DNA of 64,000 nt from Felis catus (lineage: Eukaryota). Location of the stretch: contig NC_058368.1 in the NCBI RefSeq assembly GCF_018350175.1, forward strand, positions 141,610,001 through 141,674,000. Direction: 5' to 3'. Positions 25,748-39,833 of the stretch are shown here, piece after piece. Positions within the stretch are counted from its first letter, which is position 1; the number at the start of each line of letters is the position of its first letter. The notes beneath the pieces are model-generated. The model worked only from the letters and a program-made list of their open reading frames with translations, ran no database searches and had not been told where the DNA came from. The translations under genes were made by a program, and so were the position numbers.

Positions 25748-26177
25748 TGTAGTGGGTCGTACAGTGTTGCCCAAAATTCATGTCCACCCAGGACCTCAGA
25801 ATGTGATCTTATTTGGAAACAGGTTCTTTGTACATATAATTCATTGAGATGAGGTCATACTGGATTGGGGCAGGCCCTAAATCCAATGGCTAGTGTCTTT
25901 CATAGAGGAGACACACAAGGAAAAAGGCAGACAGAGGCAGAGACTGGAGTTAAACTACCAAAAGCCAAGGAATGCCAAACAAAGATTGTTGGCAACCCCG
26001 TCAAAAACTAGAAAAAGCATGAAAGGATTCTACTCTAGAGCCTTTGAAGGGAGGAGCATGACCTTCGAGGCACCTTGATTTCAGACTTCCAGGCTCCAGA
26101 AGTGTGAGAGAGTAAGTTTTAGTTTATTTGATCAGATTGTGGTACTTTTGTTATGAAAACCCTAGAAAACTAATACA
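25748..26177 (+). mobile_element. MaLR solo LTR (MLT1B/C-like)
   Basis: TG...CA termini; CCAAAATTCATGTCCACCCAGGACCTCAGAATGTGATCTTATTTGGAAA and TTTCAGACTTCCAGGCTCCAGAA motifs. Confidence 0.85.
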
Positions 26178-27533
26178 TATATGAATGCAAGCAAAACTGT
26201 TCTTTTTACAGAAATATTTGTGAAACACCAGTGCTTTAAAGGACTTCTATTCAAGTGATGTGCTGTTACTAAGAGAGTACAAGAACAGAAAGCTTCCAGT
26301 GTCATATCTTACAATCATTACACTATACCATATCCTCCGTCTTCCTCCCTTCCAACCACCCAGTAGTTGCCACATGCTTACAATGTGCCAAGCAGTGGAC
26401 AACGGACAAAATAACTACTATAGCTTCTGTCATGGTGATCTCAGTCTAGTCTCACTCAATAGGTTGTAAAAGTCCTCCCATGGCAATGCATAAAGCCACC
26501 AAGTATTTTTTAATAACTATACAGTGTTTCATGGACTGCATGCAGCACACTTCAAGCAATATCCTATCAACGAATATTTCTATTATTTTCAATTCTTCAA
26601 TATTATTATAAACAGTGAGATGAACATCATTGTACTTACATCTATACCCTTCTCTGCATATCCTGTCCAGATGAAAATCTTAGCATAGTATTTCTAGGTC
26701 AAGGGTATGTACATTTTACTTAACGATACAAACCGTCAAATTGACCTCAACAAAGAAGGTACCAATTGACATTTCCACCAACAGTGAGAGTCCATTTCTT
26801 TAATCAACACGTGGTACTGGTATTTTCATTTAAGCCAATATTATAAATGACCAATAATGTTATTGTGCATTTCTGTGATTATTAGTGAGATATAGCCATT
26901 AATGGTATAGAGTCTAGAGCAAGGCTGTTTGAATTTGAATGCCAGTTCTACTAGTTCAAAGTTATTAAACTCTTGATACCTGTTTCCTCAACTGTAAAGC
27001 AAAGACAGGAAGAATATCTGCCAATAATGTAGCTGGGAGAATTAAATGGGTTAGTATCTGTAAACTGCTTACAACTGTACATAGTTCATAGTGCTATTAT
27101 TATTTCACATGTCATCCAATCCTACTTCATTCTTTATGTGCAGATTTTCTGTTTATACTCAGCTCTTTCTTAATTTATAGGAACTCTTTGTATATTCTAG
27201 ATCTTCATCCTTTATCTGTCATGTAGTTGGTAAATACTTTTCCTAATGTATCGTTTGTCTTTGATTTTTCTTCTTTTTGGCTCTATTCCCCTAGAGAAAT
27301 TTTATGTTTATATAGTCAAGTTATCAATCTTACCTTTATGGTTTCCAGGTTTTATGTACACAAGAAAACACTTTCCACAAAATATAGTATTTTAATTTAA
27401 CAGTAAAGTGAAAGACAGTTAACAATTTTGGTTTTGTTTGTTAGAAGACTTGAGAGGTCATTTCTAGGTAGAGTCTCATTAATTTAACATTCAAGATGGG
27501 GAAACATTACAATCTTTTCTCCTTAAAGTATTT

Positions 27534-28380
27534 TTTATTTTTATTTATTTATTTTTATTTTTTCATATTTATTATCAAATTGGTTTCCATACAACACCCA
27601 GTACTCATCCCAACAGGTGCCCTCCTCAATGCCCATCACCCACTTTTCCCTCTCCCCCACCCCCTATCAACCCTCAGTTTGTTCTAAGTATTTAAGAGTC
27701 TCTTATAGTTTTTGCCTCCTTCCCTCTCTGTAACTTTTTTTTCCCCCTTTCCCTCCCCCATGGTCTTCTGTTAAGTTTCTCAGGATCCACACATGAGTGA
27801 AAACATACAGGATCTGTCTTTCTCTGTATGGCTCATTTCACTTAGCGTAATACCCTCCAGTTCCATCCACGTTGCTACAAATGGCCAGATCTCATTCTTT
27901 CTCATTGCCAAGTAGTATTCCATTGTATATATAAACCACATCTTCTTTATCCATTCGTCAGTTGATGGACATTTAAGTTCTTTCCATAATTTGGCTGTTG
28001 TTGAAAGTGCTGCTATAAACACTGGGGTACAAGGGCCCCTATGCATCAGCACTCCTATATCCCTTGGGTAAATTCCTAACAGTGCTATTGCTGGGTCATA
28101 CAGAACTATTTTTAATTTTTTGAGGAACCTCCACACTGTTTTCCAGAGTGGCTGCACCAGTTTGCATTCCCACCAACAGTGCAAGAGGGTTCCCGTTTCT
28201 CCACATCTTCTCCAGCATCTATAGTCTCCTGATTTGTTCATTTTAGCCACTCTGACTGGCGTAAGGTGGTATCTCAGTGTGGTTTTGATTTGCTTTTCCC
28301 TGATGAGGAATGACGTTGAGCATCTTTTCATGTGTCTGTTGGCCATCTGAATGTCTTATTTAGAAAAGTGTCTATTCACG
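27534..28380 (-). mobile_element. 5'-truncated felid L1 with TSD
   Basis: 188-aa open ORF2 C-terminal fragment (27780-28346); TSD TCTCCTT(A/G)AAGTATTT at 27518-27533 and 28381-28396. Confidence 0.95.
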
Positions 28381-29337
28381 TCTCCTTGAAGTATTTCTAA
28401 AGAAAAAATAAAAATGTCTTCCCAAGTAGTGTCTTGGGACACTACTAAAAATATTTTCTAGAGCTATAGCGTCTCCATAAAGAGTGATTTATAATTTCCT
28501 GTTTCAGAATTTCTCTCAATCTTAAAAATTTTCTGTTAAACAAATGGGCATCTACATTCTATGAAATCATGTATCTAGGTTTTACATGTTATGAAGAGAT
28601 TTTGGCTTACTGATATACCAGATACAAACAAAAAAATTACAACTTGGACAGACAGGCTGTTAACTGGGGTACTCAATGATTACTCAGATTGGCAAATGCC
28701 AAATTAGAAGCAAACCATTTTTAAAGCATTTAATCTGCTCCATTTTCCCCTCAAGGAAATTAATTTTTCTAAGGAAATTTCATTGTGCTCATCTACCTAC
28801 ATAGGCATGCTTTATCACTCTAGCTCTTTTCAGTTCTCTGTTCTAATTACAATCTAAATTTTGCATCCTTTGTGGATTTTCTTGCATGTCTTCTTCCAGG
28901 TAATTAATATGACTTAAATAAAACCGCATTTAACATAACACCTATGGCACCATGCAGAGCACTGCCCTCCATTCAATATGGTGCCATCATTACCTTAGGC
29001 ATCATTCAACTGCTAATTTTTAGTCCATATTTACAACTACCTTGAATTTAATTTTCCTAAAATAGTATCCATCATTTTAGTGAAAATTAAATACTAGCTT
29101 CCCTCCATTGAGTACTAATTTTATAATTCTACTTTATTAAAAAGTAAACACACTAAGAGCATTCAATTTATTTGGCTTAATTTGTCCTTCACATACTTAC
29201 AGGTTTATTGCTCACTCTTCAATTCTTTTGCACATACTTTACATGCATTCTAAATGGAGTCATTAGCTGGTGGCAAACATGCAAAGGCCAGTTTCATATG
29301 CTTTACTCATAGGTTTGCATTAAAAACAAAACAAAAT

Positions 29338-29548
29338 AGGGGCACCAGGCTGGCTCAATCAGTTGAGCATCGGACTCTTGGTTTCGGCTTAGGTCATGAT
29401 CCCAGGGTCATGGAATTGAGTTGTGTGTCTGGCTCTGTGCTGAGCATGGAGCCTGCTAAAGATTCTCTCTCTCTCTCTCTCTCTCTCCTCTCCCCCCGCC
29501 CCCTGCCCCTCTACCCTGCTTGTTTTTTCTCTCTGTCTAAAATAAAAT
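29338..29548 (+). mobile_element. CAN-SINE (older)
   Basis: GGGGCACCAGGCTGGCTCAATCAGTTGAGC head, CT tract, AATAAA. Confidence 0.9.
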
Positions 29549-29700
29549 TATTTCCACTAAAAGAAATTCTCTAAAGAGAAATTCATTTATTTTAAATAAA
29601 CTTGGTGCAACCTCTTACTACATAGCCCTTAATTAGACAATATTCCATCAGAGGTCCACAGTCCATCATAGTCCCTGATTCTAAATTCTAACCTAGCTGG

Positions 29701-29755
29701 AAAACAAAACAAAACAAAACAAAACAAAACAAAACAAAACAAAACAAAACAAAAC
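29701..29755. repeat. (AAAAC)11 microsatellite
   Basis: Read directly. Confidence 0.97.
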
Positions 29756-32165
29756 TATGAGACATTAGGAAAGTACTGTTCTCTACCTCCACAATGCAGC
29801 TTTCAAACTGTCACCAGAATTCCCATGCTTTCCTTAAATAATCAAACAAAAACAATATCTATAGAATTCCAAATTTCTCAAAAGGCCCTCGGGGTACATT
29901 TTCATTATATACTTCATTCTTTCTACACTCCTGTTATAATATCCATGCTGTGTCCCAAATACGTCCTATTCATTTTCTAAATGAGCTTTGGAGATTTTCA
30001 TCTATTTCTTTTGATAAGAGGAAATGCCTCCTCATCTCCTGCCTATCCCTACTTCATCTCTAGTACTCAATCAAGAACTGCCTCAAATATCATCTCCTCT
30101 AAGAAGCTTTCATCTCACCCAGCAGAAATTTAGTGCTCTTAAAGTGATTTCTTCTCCAAATAACTTTGACCTAAATAGGTGTATCTTGATAAATATATGT
30201 CTATATAATGCTTTATAGTTGAGCTGCTTGTACAAATAGTATCTCAATTAATAGTCATTCTGTGTAGTCACATTAAAAATCATATAGAGGATGGATACTC
30301 AAGATCTAACACTTAGTAAATAAACAAAGGAATTCAGTTGTACCTGCATAAACTAAAGGTATATGTATACATGGTTTCTGGAACCTAGAAAGGACTTTTG
30401 GAAACATGAAAGTAACATCCCAAAAAGTTTCTAAAGGAAGACATATCTTAAAATTGAATCATTTTCCTGTTTGTTTAAACCAACAGTTAATAGCCACTCC
30501 TGAAGTTTTTGACATAAATATGAAAAGGCTCATATTGCTAAGGAATCTACTAGAAGAACTCTATCTCCTAGGTGTGGTTAATATTTGCAGATGATTCTTA
30601 GACTGAAACTATGACCCAATGCATTTGTTAAAACAAACAAAGCAGGCTGTCCATTCCTTATTGAAAAATGAAAAGCTAGCCTATTTCCAGTGATCATTTT
30701 TTTTCAGATATTTTTGGCCTACAGAGCATTATTTGTTAGCAGTGGGATTATTTATGTGGTGAGAATTTTAACAACAGTTTTCCATAAATCAGCTTATATA
30801 CAACGTCATTTTATCAATGTTCCTATTCAGGTGAAATAAAAGTGAAGCCAATGGAACCAGGTGATCTGGGTTCAAGTTCTAATTCTTGACTTTGTAATGT
30901 GATCGTGGATAAGCTGCTTAATTTCTCTGGGTCTCAGGTTCAATATATGTAAAACCAGGAGGTTGGATGAAATGATTCCTGGGGTGTGTTGCAGGCTCAA
31001 AAAAACGGAGAGAAGAAACACATCTTAAATTCATTTTATTAATAGAAGAAATTAAACTATCAGCATAAACTGACAATTTTTTTCTATTTATTTACAAAGC
31101 TGATAAATAATATTCTGAAACTGGCCCTAAAATGCTTAGTTGGGTTTCTCAGGTCAGTAAATCTAGCACTTTAAACTTAACTATCAATTTCCCTTCATTT
31201 TACTGAGGTATATCTTTCATCTTTAGTCTCAAAAGTTGCTGTAAAATTTCTTGTTTCTTTGCAATTCATGACATAATTCATCCCAGTCTGGTGTTTCATC
31301 AATTTAACAGTTCTAATTGCCTTATTATCTGCTCTGGTGCAGTAGTAAAGCCTCTGAACATTTCATTTACCTTACCAACAAGAAAAGCCCATATATCTCA
31401 GCCTTAAGGATATTACCTCTACCTCTTGGATGAGCAGAGGCATGAAGAACTTAAGCTCTCTGGAAAGCCAATATAATCTATCACTATTTAACTGTTTGTC
31501 AATGTTTATGCCTGTCTCAACTCACATTTAATGGGGCTTTTTATTGTTATTTTCCACTATAAAATTTTGAAGGCACCTAAATGTCACTAATTCCTTTCCA
31601 AGTTTAGCATGTATATTGCAATGTTACTTACTTAGAGACACAGGGATATGGTGCAAATGTACAGGCTTTGAGAGCATTTAGGCAGATTAACTTGCAAAAG
31701 TTCAAATCTTAGTTCTGACCTTTGCTCTTTATATGGTCTTAAGGGAGTACCTGCCTCTCTCCGTCTCAGTTTCCTCATGTAAAATATGAAGACTAACTGC
31801 TCTACAATATGGTAGTGAATATAAAGTAAGTATAGTTCCTGGTCCAATGCTGCATCATACTTAAGAGGGACTCAGTCACTGTTAGTCATATCCTTCCTAT
31901 ACCAAGGGCTCCCATTTGGCTGTGATTCTGCTTGTTGAACTGGCTGAAAATAGATTCTGGTTATCAGCTACTTCTATAGGAGTGTTTCCAAATGGCTGGT
32001 TGTAACTCATTAGTCAGGATTGTAATAATCCCATGACTCCCGAAATCAATTCAGTGGGTCATGATCATTGTCGTTTTAATGAAAGAAAATAGAATGGAAT
32101 TGGAAATAACAGAGTGCATCATAAGTGGTTAAAATGGGAATATTTCATTAAACTTTTGTTTCAGT

Positions 32166-32168
<3 letters not shown>

Positions 32169-32213
<45 letters not shown>
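32169..32213. repeat. (AC)n microsatellite
   Basis: Read directly. Confidence 0.97.
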
Positions 32214-32216
<3 letters not shown>

Positions 32217-32413
32217 TGTCATGATGTAAAATAAAATATATTTCTAAATCTGGGTTAGATCAGAAAAGTTTGAAATATACTACTTCACAGAGAAGGCTAG
32301 TCATCTTGGTTGGATCACTTTTTCTCCCTGCCCAACCTCCCCAGGGAAATGTACTACTGAGACCACTATTTCAGTGTAAAAGGCCCACCGGCAATGTCTC
32401 TCTACAGAAAGAG

Positions 32414-32416
<3 letters not shown>

Positions 32417-32462
<46 letters not shown>

Positions 32463-32512
32463 ACACACCTGTGTGTGTATATGTATATATACATATACAC
32501 ACATACATATAT
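32417..32512. repeat. (AC)n plus degenerate (TA/TG) microsatellite
   Basis: Read directly. Confidence 0.95.
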
Positions 32513-32586
32513 GTTTGAAGTTACCTGCAATGTTAACAAGACCACGAAGAAGTGATACTTTAATTCTTCCCTTACAAATATCTTTT

Positions 32587-33013
32587 GGGGAACCTGGGTG
32601 TCTCAGTTAAGCAACCAACTTTGGCTCAGGTCATGACCTCAGGGTTTGTGAATTCAAGCCCCCAATTAGGCTCGCTGCTGTCAGTGCAGAGTCCACTTTG
32701 GATCCTCTGTTCCCTCTCTCTCTGCCCCCCACTCTCACGTACTCTTTCTCTTTCTCTCTCTTAAAAATAAACGTTAAAAAAAAAAAAAAAGAAATATCTT
32801 TTTTGAGGCACTTGGGTGGCTCAGTCAGTTAAGTGTCCAACTCTTGATTTTGGCTCAGGTCATGAACTCATGGTCCTGAGATTAAGCTCTGCCACGGGTT
32901 CGACACTGAGTATGGAGCCTGCTTGGGATTCTCTCTCTCCCTCTCTCTCTCTGCCCCTCCCCTGCTTGTGCTTCCTTTCTCTCTCTCAAAATAAATAAAT
33001 AAACATAAAAAAA
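32587..33013 (+). mobile_element. Two head-to-tail CAN-SINEs (32587-32790, 32805-33013)
   Basis: Two SINE heads and tails sharing the target sequence AAATATCTTTT. Confidence 0.92.
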
Positions 33014-34009
33014 CCATCAGTTTAGGGAACAAATATCTTTTTTAATTACTAGTCAAGTACTCATCTCACATTTTTCGACTTTTGAAATACAGTAGCAACT
33101 AAAGAGCTCCCTGGGGGCCTTAAAGATAATAATAATAATAACAAAGAAATTTACAACCAGAAAGACAGTTATCAAAATGAGAATGCCACCTTTAAAACTG
33201 AAAATGTAAAAAATAAATAAACATAAAATAAAATCTAAAATATATTCTGTAACCACAACTCTTTCAGGAAAACACTAATCTTTTGGGGAGAATATTTATT
33301 TTTGTCTTTTAAAGCAGAGCCAAATTAAATGGGAGTTGAAGGAGGGCTATTAGGGAAAGCTTTCCCCAGAAAGTGATCTTAAGTTAGGATTTGATGAATA
33401 AGAATTAGCAGAGTAAAGAAGAGGGAAATGGTATGTGGCAGGATGTAGCATTCTAGGTACTAAAAAGCTACAAAAGATTCTTAAGTGTGATAGAAAATGG
33501 AAAGTTGGTTTGAGAATTAAGGCTGGTTCATGAGTGTGGAGAAGAGTAGTAAGAGATAAAGCTAACCAATAGAGCAGGGCGGGGGTGCGGGGGTGGTGGA
33601 GACAGCATAAAATCTTATCAGGTCATACTAAAGAATATGGACTCTTCCTAAATGTATTAGACAATCATATCAGGTGAGGGGCATAATCATATTTTAGTTA
33701 AAAAAGATCCCTATGACTGCAATTTGGAGAATGTAATAGTAAGGGAAACGGCAAGGGCCAGGCAACAAGGGGAGTGTACAGCAATCCAGGAGAAAGACAA
33801 TGGTGGCCTATTCAAGGGTGGTAGCTGGGGGAATTGAGAGGGAGATTAAAGTGAAAATTATTTTAACCAGAGTGCATCTGATAGATGTGGGAAGACTAAA
33901 GAGGGAGCAGCCAAAGGTAACTGGGCAGATGGTGGTATGGTAGTACCACTGCCTGGCATAAGGAGTCCGGGAGGAAGAGTGTGGGAAAGGGAGGGAAAGT
34001 ATAAAACTA

Positions 34010-34481
34010 CACAGTTGTTCCTCCTTATCTGTGGGGGATAAGTTGCAAGACCCCTAGTGGATGAAGGTAGTACAGAACCTTATATATACTATGTTTTTTC
34101 CTAAACATACATACGTATGACAAAATATAATTTACAAATTAGGCACAACAAGAGATCAGTAACAACAATAAAACAGAATAACAATATACTGTAATAAAAG
34201 TTGTGAATGTGGTCTCTCAAAATATATTATTGGACTATGCTAGTGTACAGTACTGGACTCACTTCCTGTGATGCTGTGAGATGATAAAATGCTTACGTGA
34301 TGAGATGAATGATGTGAATGAGGTGAATGATGTAGGCACTATAACGTAGGGTTAGGCTACTACTGACCTAATCATGTGTCAGAAGGATGATCGGCTTCCA
34401 GACCACAACTGACTATGAGGAGCTGAAACTGTGAAAAGCAAGAAAACCACAGATAAGAGGGGGGTGGTGGGGAGAGTACTG
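34010..34481. mobile_element. Tigger7-derived MITE (MER44-like)
   Basis: CAGTTGTTCCTCCTTATCTGTGGGGGATAAGTTGCAAGACCCCTAGTGGATG start and inverted ...CACAGATAAGAGGGG...TACTG end. Confidence 0.75.
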
Positions 34482-35357
34482 TAGTACCTTTTAGATCACC
34501 TTACATTTGAAGTGTCTCTATGACATTAAGCAGAAATGCCCAGAGGTAACCAGACCTGGAGTTCAAGAAAAAGATCTGGGCTGAGGATACACATGTGGGA
34601 GTTATAAACAACTGAAGTCAGAGGAATGGATGAGGCTGCTCACTGAATATTTACAAAGTGAAAAGGGAAAAGGAGCCCCAGGTAGACCTCAGAGAATATT
34701 TAAGACAGGGTAAGCTGCATTACTGCAAGAATGACATCTTTTTTTAAATCGAGGTGCAACTGAAATATGTCCATTTCAGGTGTATAACATAATGATTCAA
34801 CATTTTTATATATTGCAAAATGATCACAATAAGTCTAATTAACATCTATAACCACAGTTACATTTTTTTCTTGTGATAAGTTCTTGTGTGTGATGAGAAC
34901 GTTTTCAACTGTTTTATTCACCATTACATCCCCATCACTCAATATCCCATCAAATATTAGTAGCTCAGTAATCTGTTGCATAAACAACAAAGGAAGAAGA
35001 AACCAAAAGTAGAATTGAGGAGGGGAAAGGAGGTAGAAGGAAAACCAGAGGACTGCAGTATCACTGTAACCAAAGAAAGAAAACAGAATTAAAAGCCTTT
35101 TAAGAAGGAGGGGGAGGGCAATTCTGTCAATTGTTGCTAGTAAATCAAGATAAAGGCTATTAAATATTATGGGTGACCTTTGTTTCATTGCTGTTGGTAA
35201 GGCAAAAAAACCCAAACTACAGTGGGTTAAGAAGTGACTGGGAGGTGGCAGTGTGGAGCCTGTGAATACAGACACAGCTTTTGACAAGTATGGATCCTAG
35301 GAAGGGAAATGACACAAAGGTTTATGCTGTTGATTCTTTAAGATGTTAGCGACTTCA

Positions 35358-35584
35358 GGGGCGCCTGGGTGGCGCAGTCGGTTAAGCGTCCGACTTCAGC
35401 CAGGTCACGATCTCGCGGTCGGTGAGTTCGAGCCCCGCGTCAGGCTCTGGGCTGATGGCTCAGAGTCTGGAGCCTGTTTCCGATTCTGTGTCTCCCTCTC
35501 TCTCTGCCCCTCCCCCGTTCATGCTCTGTCTCTCTCTGTCCCAAAAATAAATAAACGTTGAAAAAAAAATTAAAAAAAAAAAAA
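35358..35584 (+). mobile_element. Young SINEC_Fc with TSD
   Basis: TSD AAGATGTTAG(C/T)GACTTCAG. Confidence 0.96.
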
Positions 35585-35666
35585 GATGTTAGTGACTTCA
35601 GCATGCTTGAATACTACTGGAAAGAAACTGCTAAAGAGATTAAAGACATACAAAAGAGAAGAAACA

Positions 35667-35905
35667 GGGATGCCTGGATGGCTCCGTTGGTTAAGCATTG
35701 GACTCTTGATCTCAGCTCAGGTCATGATCTTGCAGTTTGTGAGTTCAAGTCTCACGTTGGGCTCCACAATGACAGTATGGGGCCTGCTTGGGATTCTGTC
35801 TCTCCCTCTCTCTACCTCTCCCCCACTTGTGCGCATGCAAGCTCGCTCTCTCTCTCTTAAAATAAATAAACTTAAAAAAAAAAAAAAAAGAAAAAAGGAA
35901 AGAAA
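35667..35905 (+). mobile_element. CAN-SINE
   Basis: GGGATGCCTGGATGGCTCCG head, CT tract, A tail. Confidence 0.92.
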
Positions 35906-38476
35906 GAAACAAATATCCAGGGCAAGGAGATGGGATTCTGAACACAGGTAGAATGCTGGTTTTAGATAAGAAAGGTTCAGATCTTTGATTCTAAGAGGAA
36001 TAAGGGAAGTAACGCAGACTGCAAGTAAGTCTACAGGTTTGATAGTGCATGGGACACATACAAAGAGTATGTGATTCCTCCATTAGCGAGGGAAGACTTC
36101 AGGAAAGAAGTAATGATCAAGAAGAGACATAAAAATTAAGGACTAGTCACTATTATTCAGAGCAGTATGTTGGGAATGTTCTAGTCAGAGGAAGCTGCAT
36201 ATTTAGAAAAGGTCTGAACAGAGATTGATGTGTTTACCAAGCCCCAAAACAAAGAGTAGGGAAATTGGTTTGAGCCTAGATTTGGCCCCTGGCTTAATCT
36301 ACCCCTCAGGCTGTTGCTGATATATTTCAAGGAATACTTTCTACTCTGAGAGGTGACTCTTGTTATTCCAATCAGAGCACTCTAACAATTAAGGATTCAG
36401 ATGTTTGAAGAACTGTGGGCAAGGATTCATTAGCCAGTTACTCACCTATGAATTAAAGGCTTCTTGAATAACTACTAAGTTCAAGGTACCAACATGGATT
36501 CTGGAGACTGCAAAGAGAATTAAGCATGTTTTTGGCACTCTTAAGCCCAGTCCTTTAATGGGCAGAAGAAGTAAAATGTTAGCTGAAGCCCATAGCCCAT
36601 ATAAGATTTACTCCTTTTTTCTATCCTTTACTTCTCCTTTCTATTATCTTATGTGTCTACCTGCTACTTGTCTCTCCCTCATCCCTCCCCTTCTTCTCTC
36701 TACCTTATTGGCCATCAGTGTAGATTTTATCAGTATGGAAAATTCTTAATACTTATTCTACTTACTGAACACTGCTTCATATTTCTGAGATCTCTAATTA
36801 AAAATTAGCTAAGTTCAACATTTCATATTATAAAAAAAAAGAAAAAGCTAAGTTATTTTTGTAAAAGGCCTTCAATGATTTTTCCTTATATGTCAATAGT
36901 CTCCAAGAGAATACAGCATACATTTGGGGACTTAACATTTGAGGACTTAACTCTCAGTAAATACCCCCTAAAATGTTCACATAATATAATTTTAATTTTG
37001 CTGAAATATAATTCTGAAGGTTATGAGCTGTGAAAATGGTATTCAGGAATAAGTCAGTCACCAACATGGTGAATAAGTCTGACAACTGTCCAGCATCCAA
37101 TCTCAATGCTATTCTGTTCCTTATTTTGTCCTTGTGTGTGATAGCTAGAATCCTAGTAAATGAATGGAAACACAAACAAAATTTTGTTTCTGTGAGGAAA
37201 AAGACCCAGAGAAGAAAGTCAATTACTAGTAGTGGTGACAATAATAAGTAAAAAAAAATCAAAGAAAATAATTGTTTGCAAATTTGGCCATTTGACAAGA
37301 TTTCTTAACACATTCCTTAGCAAAACATACATTGTCTATTGTATTTTCTCCAATTGCACATCATTATCTACCAACATGACAAGAAATAGCCAGAAAATTT
37401 TTAGTTGGGCTAAAATCTGGAATAACTATCAGGGATTCTTAAAGATTTGATAATCAACTACAGAATTATGATATTTTATCACACCATTAGACTCAAAAGA
37501 CTGGCTAGGAGAAATAAGTGTCAGAGTCAAAAGTTACTGCCTTTTACTCTTTATGGTTAGAGGTATATACTAAGAGACTTAAACTCTAGATTGCAGAACT
37601 CATTCTGCTGCTTACTATCTGTGTACCTCTTTGAAAGTCACTTAATTTCTGTGTTAGCCAGGTCCTTGGAGAAGCAGACACCAACACGGTATTAAACTTG
37701 CAAGGATTTTATCACTGCAAACACACAGGAGAGAGAAAAATGAGAAGGGAGGTGGAAGGTTTGGCAAGGCCACTAGGGAATCCTCAGGCCAAAGTCATTA
37801 GGGGAATCTCATGTCATCCAGGAAAAGGCCTGTATACGACTGGCTGACATCAGGTCGTGGGAAGCAAGGCGCTGGGAAAAACTGAGCGTCAGATTTCATG
37901 GTCCAGTAGCTGGGACCCATGCTTAATTACACTCTCTGCATACAGAGTTCTTCAAGTTCCATTCTCATGGCCACCACAACTTCTACGAATTTTCACAACT
38001 ATCAATTCCCTATTTTTCTGTTTCCTACTTCATGAGGTTGTGCAAAGTATCCTGGTAGGCACTAGGGATACGATGGTGACTAAGAGTGATGGTCTCTGTT
38101 CCTGAAAGAACTTCTCTAGTAGAAGATACAAAGAAACAAAGAGACAATTAAAAACTGTGTAGGTCATTCAGATTGTCACTTAACTATATCTATGGTGGCT
38201 CCCTCATACTTGTAGAAAATAAATCTACATACTTCTTAGTACGACATACACGACTGGGTCCTAATTTATGTTATTAACTTACCTCTTAATAACTCTTCGG
38301 TCCCCACACCATAAACACTGCAGCCATCACAAACATTTTATTGACTCCCATAAGTAATATACCAATTCACAACTCCCTGTTTTTACACATATAGTTCTAT
38401 CTAGAATGTGACTTTCATTTGGCCTCAAGATTCTGCTCAAATGTCACCATGTGATAAGCCTTCTCTAATTCTAGAG

Positions 38477-38722
38477 CTGTGGTTCTCAACAGGGGCAATT
38501 TTATTCCCTATCTCCCAAGGAAGCATTTGACAATGTTGGGAGACAATTCTGGTTTGTTGCAAGTGTGTGTGTGTTTGGGGTGGGGAGGTGCTACTGGCAT
38601 CAAATGGGCAGAGACTAGGGGTACTGCTAAAAACCTCACAATGTAAAAGACAACCTTCCCCAACCCCCAATAAATAAGTATACAGACCAAAAAATCAAAA
38701 GTGCCAAGGCTGAATAACCCTG
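38477..38722 (+). mobile_element. MER20 hAT-Charlie MITE
   Basis: CTGTGGTTCTCAACAGGGGC...GTGCTACTGGCATC...GTGCCAAGGCTGAATAACCCTG; 8-bp TSD remnant TTCTAGAG / CCCTAGAG. Confidence 0.88.
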
Positions 38723-39780
38723 CCCTAGAGGCAGTTTGTCATAACCTCATCTGAGCTCACAAAGCATTCTGTCTTTAATTAGGTGCTATTCATCTTTCTT
38801 TAACACCACAAGCTCCTAGAGCACAGAATATGTGATTTATCTATCTATACCTAATAACCTAGTTAGTCTTATCCCTTTTATATATTTGTCAAAGTATAAA
38901 AAGATATACAGTCAGTGCACTGGGATTACTCAACAGGTGCTCTCACCCTGGGTCTACCCACTTCCTGTTTTTTTTTTTTTTTTGGAGGGGGCAAATTACT
39001 TAAACTCAATTTCATCTGCAGCTACTTCACTGCAGCTACTTCACATAAGAACTGTGAAGGTCAAATGAAACGCACATGAAATGCTTAGGTAATGGATGGC
39101 ACATAGTACAAGCTAAAATGTATCAACTAACATTGCTATTCCCACACCTTTTTATGTTGCCAAAATAAGCAAAAAGAAGCTAAAGGTGGGGGGCAGGAGG
39201 TAGTGAGAAGAAAACATTAGTATTCAGCAAGTCAATTAATTATATAAGCAACATATGACTGCCTCCCCTTTATAACATTTTTCTCATCACTTGCTGATTT
39301 CAAAATAGTACTTGTATTTATTTGAAATTCAAAACAATGCTGTAACATTTATTAGGAACCCAAATCTGTGTTTACTACTAAAATTAATATAACTTAGGTA
39401 CAAACTTATTTTATCTGTTTATCTAAGCAGTAACACTGTATTATAAGTGAAGTATCACTAACTTCACAATTTTACCATCAAATAAGGAAGACACTAGTTT
39501 AAATTTTCACAATGAGTATACCTGAACATCTGATGTTATGGAATGTTAGGTTAGGATATTACATGTTATGTGTTACACAGCACTTATGAATGCTCTTTCA
39601 ACTAAGAATTGGTGACGGTGTATGGGTCGATTTTGGCAAAAATTCAGTAACAAACTTTGGGTGAACAGTAGTCAGTATTTGGCATAGCACCTTATACATA
39701 GTAACTGTTCAATAATGTTAAGAGAAATCCAATGAAGGAATCCTCGGGCCTGGGAAACTTTATCACAGTACAGATTGGCA

Positions 39781-39783
39781 GTG

Positions 39784-39823
<40 letters not shown>

Positions 39824-39833
39824 CAGCAGCAGC
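39781..39833. repeat. Compound trinucleotide repeat (GTG)n(GTA)n(GCA)n
   Basis: Read directly. Confidence 0.95.

Larger units (their letters stand above)
33330..36050. mobile_element. Fragmented L2 LINE hosting younger insertions
   Basis: Purine-rich degenerate L2-like motifs (e.g. ctggagttcaagaaaaagatctgggctgaggatacacatgtgggagt); boundaries uncertain. Confidence 0.6.

Noticed and set aside
27780..28346. 188-aa ORF
   Set aside because: L1 ORF2 C-terminus of a 5'-truncated copy, not a host gene. Same for ORFs at 5108-5430 and 11222-12218.
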